This document shows, one piece after another, positions 25,046 through 31,406 of a stretch of 31,406 bases of DNA. The notes under the pieces are model-generated. The model saw only the letters and a list, made by a program, of their open reading frames with translations, searched no databases and had not been told where the DNA came from. The first letter of the stretch is position 1; each line of letters starts with the position of its first letter. The translations under genes were made by a program, and so were the position numbers. The DNA lies in contig RSEE01000135.1 in the NCBI GenBank assembly GCA_003971905.1, positions 124,001-155,406 of the forward strand. Reading direction: 5' to 3'. This DNA is from Moniliella sp. 'wahieum'. Taxonomy: Eukaryota.

Positions 25046-26957
25046 TCACTCCTCTTGGAACAGCCGGCGCGGCGGGCGCGAAAACAAGAGCGGAGCTGGG
25101 GAAAACACGGGCATCGGCTCCGCTGCCATCGGGGAAGCGGTGGTGGTGGTTGTCCGTGCTGGTGGCCGAGGGGGAGGAGGAAGGATGGAAAACGTCGTCG
25201 CATCATCAGCCAGGACTGCGTTCGGTTCTTGCCTCGGTGCATCGTCCTCGCCCGCACGGCGCACGTGGTGCAGCGCCCCACTGGCCGGCAGGGGAGGCGG
25301 CAGGGCCAGTGGCAGACCGGCCAAGGCAGACGAACAGGCCAATGGCCGCGCGATAAGATTCCGTCGCTCGGCTTCCCATTCGACTTGGTGTGCACGCAGC
25401 GCGTCCAGCTGCACCACGGCGTGCTCCAGCTGCGTGCGGCAGGTGCGCAGTTCCTCGAGCCGCGTGCGCGCCACCGTTTGCGCTTTGCCCAGGGCCAGTT
25501 TGCTCTGCTGCGCCTCGGCCTTGGCTGTCTGCAGGTCGGCGCGGAGCGAGGCAAGTTCGTCAGCGTGCGACGCGGCTTGGCTCTCCTGCTGCAGGTGGAG
25601 GTACTTGTTCCGCACGGTGCGCAGCTCCGCTTCCGTCTTGGCCAGCTGGGCAAACACGTCGTCCGATACTTTGCGTTCCTCCTCCGCTACGCTCTCCTTG
25701 GCTTCGGCAAGCGAGGCAAGTACATCGGCTTTCTCTTGCTGCAGGAACGCAGTTTCTTTCCGAGCGATGGCCAGGGCATTTTGCAGGTTGGCCACCGTTT
25801 GCTTGGCAGGCCATTCGGTCACTCTGCGTGCGACAGGGCGCGGGACCGCAGCTCCTCCACTTGCTCGTCAAGCGTACGCACCATACCTTTCTCCTCGACG
25901 AGGCAGTGCCGCAGCTCATCGACAGTCGCTTGCAGCGTCTCGACTTCGGTTTGCCGTGCCGCCGCTTGCTCCTCGGCACACATGACACGGTATACCTGTG
26001 TCTGGCGATCCAGCTGGGCTTGGGCCAGCTGCGCACGCTGGCCCACCAGCCGTGTGCCCAGTTGCATCGCCACCTCGATGCACACCTGCACGTTCTGCCG
26101 TTCCTCTTGCACTTCTCTGTCCATGTCCACCCACGCTTCCTGCTCCTCATCTTGGAGCGAGACGAGGAGCCGCTCCAGCTCCGCTGTCTTGTTCGTCATC
26201 TCGTCGTTGGCGCAGCGCAGCGCAGCACCCTCATCCCGCAGCTGTACCAGCGCACGCTCCGCCGTCTCCTGCTCCCGCGCGGCCTGAAGCTGGCACGCAC
26301 GCAACTCGGCCTGCAGCGCATCACGCTCCGACGCCACATGTGGCTCTCGTCACGGACACGGCGGTAGCGCGCAGTCATGGCGTCGAGCTGCTGCGCCAAC
26401 TGGTCCGTCTCGCGCTGGTGCGTCTGGGATCGGTGCTGTTCCTGCTTGAGCTCAGCCAGCTCACGCGCCACGGCATCGTGCGTACGTTGGGCGCGCTCGT
26501 GCTGCTGGAGCGTCGCCTGCAACGTGCGCACTTGGGCTTGCAGCTCGTCCCGCTCGCGTGCCGCTTGGGCCTTGGAGCTCTCGTGGGCAGCGACCAGGGC
26601 AGCCACTTTGGTGCTCACCCCGGCCTCGTGCGCACTCAGCTGGCGCTTGTACTGCGCCACCTTGTCGTCCAACTTGGCCGTGCGCGCCTTGAGCCCCAAC
26701 TCGCGCTGCCCGGCGCGCCCTGTCCAATGCGATGCGCGTGTAGGGGTTAATGTCAGCAGGCAATACGCACATGTCACAGGGGATGGAGGCGACGTACGCA
26801 GACTCACCTCCAAGTCGTCGGAGCGGCTCTGGAGGGCGCGGTGGGCGTGCTGGAGGGCGAGGAACTTGGCGTGCCAGTCGGGCGGCGGCGGGTGGGTGGG
26901 CTGGTTGCTGCGCTGGCTGGGCGCGAGGGGGGTTGATACTTGGTACTTGCCACCCAT
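25046..26957 (-). CDS. Hypothetical long coiled-coil protein; intron 26720-26807
   Basis: Consecutive E/Q/A/L-rich heptad ORFs 26196..26975, 25819..26337 and 25046..25822. Intron signals GTGAGT(26807)..GCTGAC..CAG(26720). Likely ATG 26957 (MGGKYQ). Confidence 0.7.
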
Positions 26958-27255
26958 CACAGCCGATGCTTCCACCCAATGGTTATACCCAATGGTTGGT
27001 GTTTAACATGTTCACCAGCCCTCTACGCTCGCCCTCGCCCCCCCGCAGGCGGAACCACAGGCGGAACACACGCGCGCTTGCACCGATGGGCTTGTGTTTA
27101 CCCCACATTCCCCCTGCCAGGGTGCAGCCCCCCGCGCATCGCCCCTCCCAGACACGCGCCACGGGGGCAGTGTGCGCGTGCAGCGCCCCGTGGCGCACGC
27201 CAGGGTTTGGCTTTTTCTTGTCCCACCACCATCTGTCCTTAGTTGGTGCACCATA

Positions 27256-27659
27256 ATGACCACCGTCGCCATCGCTGCGCCGCCCACCTCCACCTCCGCC
27301 GCCTCCACCGCCACCTCCACCTCCGCCGCCTCCACCCCACCTCCACCCACAGCCCCACGCCTTCGTCCGCCGCGACGCGCGCCACGCTCCTCGCCACCCT
27401 CCTCGCCCACCCCACCCCCTCGCCCGCGCAGCCCCCCGCCTCGGCCCGACGTTGGATGCCGACGCTCACCTGGACGCATCGGACGAGGAGGAGGCCCAGC
27501 GCGTCTTTCGCCGCTGGTTCCCGCGCGCCACCGCCCATCCACCCCACCACTGCCACTGCCACTGTCCCTGCCACTCTCGCTGCCACCGCCCCTCGGCCCC
27601 CGCCCCGCCCACCGGCCGCACCTTACAAGGGCATGCCCACCCCACCCATTCAGGGTTGA
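27256..27659 (+). CDS. 5' part of a hypothetical gene that runs into (is probably truncated by) the 676-bp array
   Basis: ATG 27256 is divergent from the coiled-coil gene. A Thr/Ala/Pro-rich start and the block LDADAHLDASDEEEAQRVFRRWFP resemble neighbouring coding DNA. All three frames stop within 75 bp after entering the array at 27622. Confidence 0.45.
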
Positions 27660-30600
27660 GACAACTTTTGACTGGAAGACCACGGGAGTGAGTTAGTTTG
27701 AGTAGTACAAGGCTGTAGCTATCCACCCCTACCACTCTCACTGTGATGCGACGCCTGGCCTTGGTGGGCAGTGCCGCCCTAACTTGACCCCACCCATAGG
27801 ACCCAGGATGGATGCGACCATGCCAACTTGGGATCTCAGCCTCCCCAGCTCCCACTTCCCATCAGTAGTCCCAGTCCAGGAGATGAGCTGACAGTATTCA
27901 GATCCATGATCACCTGGTGGAATCGGGTACCTGTCATAGGAAGAAGTGGGTGACAGACATCACCGGTCACCGTATATCGTTGAGTGAACATCACCCTTCA
28001 ACGCCGACCCCAGGACCCAATCGAAGTACCTCATGTGTAGAGCTGGGTCAGGAGAAGCGATAGCACCGGTCCGGATCTCAATCGGACCAATACTGACCGA
28101 GTACCGTCCGTGGGAAGTCTGACCGGTGACTCACCCTCTACTCGACCTACAGGCTCAAACCTCGACCTATTCCAGATCTGTTTCGTGCAGCCTCTAGTCC
28201 TTCCCGAGGTCTAGAGGGCCTGGTAGTTTCATTCCGGTCGGACCATATTGACGGACCGAGGTGGAGTTGAACCTGGGGTACGACCTGATACTTACAAGGG
28301 CATGCCCACCCCACCCATTCAGGGTTGAGACAACTTTTGACTGGAAGACCACGGGAGTGAGTTAGTTTGAGTAGTACAAGGCTGTAGCTATCCACCCCTA
28401 CCACTCTCACTGTGATGCGACGCCTGGCCTTGGTGGGCAGTGCCGCCCTAACTTGACCCCACCCATAGGACCCAGGATGGATGCGACCATGCCAACTTGG
28501 GATCTCAGCCTCCCCAGCTCCCACTTCCCACATCAGTAGTCCCAGTCCAGGAGATGAGCTGACAGTATTCAGATCCATGATCACCTGTGGAATCGGGTAC
28601 CTGTCATAGGAGAGAAGTGGGTGACAGACATCACCGGTCACCGTATATCGTTGAGTGAACATCACCCTTCAACGCCGACCCCAGGACCCAATCGAAGTAC
28701 CTCAGTGTGTAGAGCTGGGTCAGGAGAAGCGATAGCACCGGTCCGGATCTCAATCGGACCAATACTGACCGAGTACCGTCCGTGGGAAGTCTGACCGGTG
28801 ACATCACCCTCTACTCGACCTACAGGCTCAAACCTCGACCTATTCCAGATCTGTTTCGTGCAGCCTCTAGTCCTTCCCGAGGTCTAGAGGGCCTGGTAGT
28901 TTCATTCCGGTCGGACCAATATTGACGGACCGAGGTGGAGTTGAACCTGGGTACGACCTGATACTTACAAGGGCATGCCCACCCCACCCATTCAGGGTTG
29001 AGACAACTTTTGACTGGAACCACGGGAGTGAGTTAGTTTGAGTAGTACAAGGCTGTAGCTATCCACCCCTACCACTCTCACTGTGATGCGACGCCTGGCC
29101 TTGGTGGGCAGTGCCGCCCTAACTTGACCCCACCCATAGGACCCAGGATGGATGCGACCATGCCAACTTGGGATCTCAGCCTCCCCAGCTCCCACTTCCC
29201 ATCAGTAGTCCCAGTCCAGGAGATGAGCTGACAGTATTCAGATCCATGATCACCTGGTGGAATCGGGTACCTGTCATAGGAGAGAAGTGGGTGACAGACA
29301 TCACCGGTCACCGTATATCGTTGAGTGAACATCACCCTTCAACGCCGACCCCAGGACCCAATCGAAGTACCTCAGTGTGTAGAGCTGGGTCAGGAGAAGC
29401 GATAGCACCGGTCCGGATCTCAATCGGACCAATACTGACCGAGTACCGTCCGTGGGAAGTCTGACCGTGACATCACCCTCTACTCGACCTACAGGGCTCA
29501 AACCTCGACCTATTCCAGATCTGTTTCGTGCAGCCTCTAGTCCTTCCCGAGGTCTAGAGGGCCTGGTAGTTTCATTCCGGTCGGACCAATATTGACGGAC
29601 CGAGGTGGAGTTGAACCTGGGGTACGACCTGATACTTACAAGGGCATGCCCACCCCACCCATTCAGGGTTGAGACAACTTTTGACTGGAAGACCACGGGA
29701 GTGAGTTAGTTTGAGTAGTACAAGGCTGTAGCTATCCACCCCTACCACTCTCACTGTGATGCGACGCCTGGCCTTGGTGGGCAGTGCCGCCCTAACTTGA
29801 CCCCACCCATAGGACCCAGGATGGATGCGACCATGCCAACTTGGGATCTCAGCCTCCCCAGCTCCCACTTCCCACATCAGTAGTCCCAGTCCAGGAGATG
29901 AGCTGACAGTATTCAGATCCATGATCACCTGGTGGAATCGGGTACCTGTCATAGGAGAGAAGTGGTGACGACATCACCGGTCACCGTATATCGTTGAGTG
30001 AACATCACCCTTCAACGCCGACCCCAGGACCCAATCGAAGTACCTCAGTGTGTAGAGCTGGGTCAGGAGAAGCGATAGCACCGGTCCGGATCTCAATCGG
30101 ACCAATACTGACCGAGTACCGTCCGTGGGAAGTCTGACCGGTGACATCACCCTCTACTCGACCTACAGGGCTCAAACCTCGACCTATTCCAGATCTGTTT
30201 CGTGCACCTCTAGTCCTTCCCGAGGTCTAGAGGGCCTGGTAGTTTCATTCCGGTCGGACCAATATTGACGGACCGAGGTGGAGTTGAACCTGGGGTACGA
30301 CCTGATACTTACAAGGGCATGCCCACCCCACCCATTCAGGGTTGAGACAACTTTTGACTGGAAGACCACGGGAGTGTTAGTTTGAGAGTACAAGGCTGTA
30401 GCTATCCACCCCTACCACCTCACTGTGATGCGACGCCCTGGCCTGGTGGGCAGTGCCGCCCTAACTTGACCCCACCCATAGGACCCAGGATGGATGCGAC
30501 CATGCCAACTTGGGATCTCAGCCTCCCCAGCTCCCACTTCCCACATCAGTAGTCCCAGTCCAGGAGATGAGCTGACAGTATTCAGATCCTGATCACCTGG

Positions 30601-31406
30601 TGGAATCGGGTACCTGTCATAGGAGAGAAGTGGGTGACAGACATCACCGGTCACCGTATATCGTTGAGTGAACATCACCCTTCAACGCCGACCCCAGGAC
30701 CCAATCGAAGTACCTCAGTGTGTAGAGCTGGTCAGGAGAAGCGATAGCACCGGTCCGGATCTCAATCGGACCAATACTGACCGAGTACCGTCCGTGGAAG
30801 TCTGACCGGTGACATCACCCTCTACTCGACCTACAGGGCTCAAACCTCGACCTATTCCAGATCTGTTTCGTGCAGCCTCTAGTCCTTCCCGAGTCTAAGG
30901 GCCTGGTAGTTTCATTCCGGTCGGACCAATATTGACGACCGAGGTGGAGTTGAACCTGGGGTACGACCTGATCTTACAAGGGCATGCCCACCCCACCCAT
31001 TCAGGGTTGAGACAACTTTTGACTGGAAGACCACGGGAGTGAGTTAGTTTGAGTAGTACAGGCTGTATATCCACCCCTACCACTCTCACTGTGATGCGAC
31101 GCCTGGCCTTGGTGGGCAGTGCCGCCCTAACTTGACCCCACCCATAGGACCCAGGATGGATGCGACCATGCCAACTTGGGATCTCAGCCTCCCCAGCTCC
31201 CACTTCCCACATCAGTAGTCCCAGTCCAGGAGATGAGCTGACAGTATTCAGATCCATGATCACCTGGTGGAATCGGGTACCTGTCATAGGAGAGAAGTGG
31301 GTGACAGACATCACCGGTCACCGTATATCGTTGAGTGAACATCACCCTTCAACGCCGACCCCAGGACCCAATCGAAGTACCTCAGTGTGTAGAGCTGGGT
31401 CAGGAG
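27622..31406. repeat. Head-to-tail tandem array of a ~676-bp unit, 5.6 copies, continuing past the right edge
   Basis: Units beginning CTTACAAGGGCATGCCC start at 27622, 28291, 28964, 29635, 30308 and 30973 (observed lengths 669, 673, 671, 673, 665, partial 434). Restoring copy-specific deletions gives 676 bp. I saw only 1-2 bp indels between copies. Confidence 0.98.

Noticed and set aside
1..27000. Frameshifts in cdc25, cla4, rad30, fdh1 and the amine oxidase read as pseudogenes, programmed frameshifting or RNA editing
   Set aside because: Catalytic motifs are intact. The same 1-2 bp, mostly deletion, differences separate the tandem-repeat copies and affect the tRNA stem, which points to long-read consensus error.
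27622..28290. Solo or tandem LTR (CTTACA / TGTAAG terminus)
   Set aside because: Only one such terminus is present per unit. I found no paired TG..CA inverted ends, primer-binding site or visible target-site duplication, though this is not fully excluded.
28340..28520. 5S rRNA-like words (GACCACGGGA, GAGTAGTACAAGG, CCATAGGAC, GGATGCGACCATGCCA) suggesting a 5S array or Cassandra-like element
   Set aside because: The fragments are short, out of 5S order, and do not assemble into a ~120-nt 5S fold with an oligo-T terminator.
27622..31406. Canonical hammerhead, hairpin, twister or HDV ribozyme in the repeat unit
   Set aside because: By eye there is no CTGANGA..GAAA core on either strand. AGAA/GTATAT and CCGCCCTAAC fragments lack the required partner helices. 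Only a covariance search would be conclusive.
27622..31406. CRISPR array or canonical telomere
   Set aside because: There are no unique spacers or cas genes and the context is eukaryotic. The unit has only a single TTAGGG (minus strand), not a short telomeric repeat.

Overview
Eukaryotic, GC-rich, intron-poor fungal nuclear DNA. A basidiomycete origin is inferred from the gene content and GT..GCTRAC..YAG introns. Nearly every gene is broken by 1-2 bp indels, which look like long-read consensus errors rather than pseudogenisation. From left to right: a Cdc25 phosphatase (-, runs off the left edge) head-to-head with a Cla4-type PAK kinase (+), a dienelactone-hydrolase-family gene, DNA polymerase eta, two hypothetical genes, NAD-dependent formate dehydrogenase (-), a 4.4-kb spacer (degenerate ~77-bp repeat, short TTAGGG tract, intron-containing tRNA-Asp), a copper amine oxidase (+), two more hypothetical genes (one coiled-coil) and a + strand ORF. 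That last ORF runs abruptly into the most unusual object here: a head-to-tail array of a ~676-bp hairpin-rich unit (5.6 copies, 27622 to the window end) whose copies differ only by small indels. I could not identify the unit. It may be a rolling-circle or RNA-derived element, a centromeric/terminal satellite, or an assembly concatemer.
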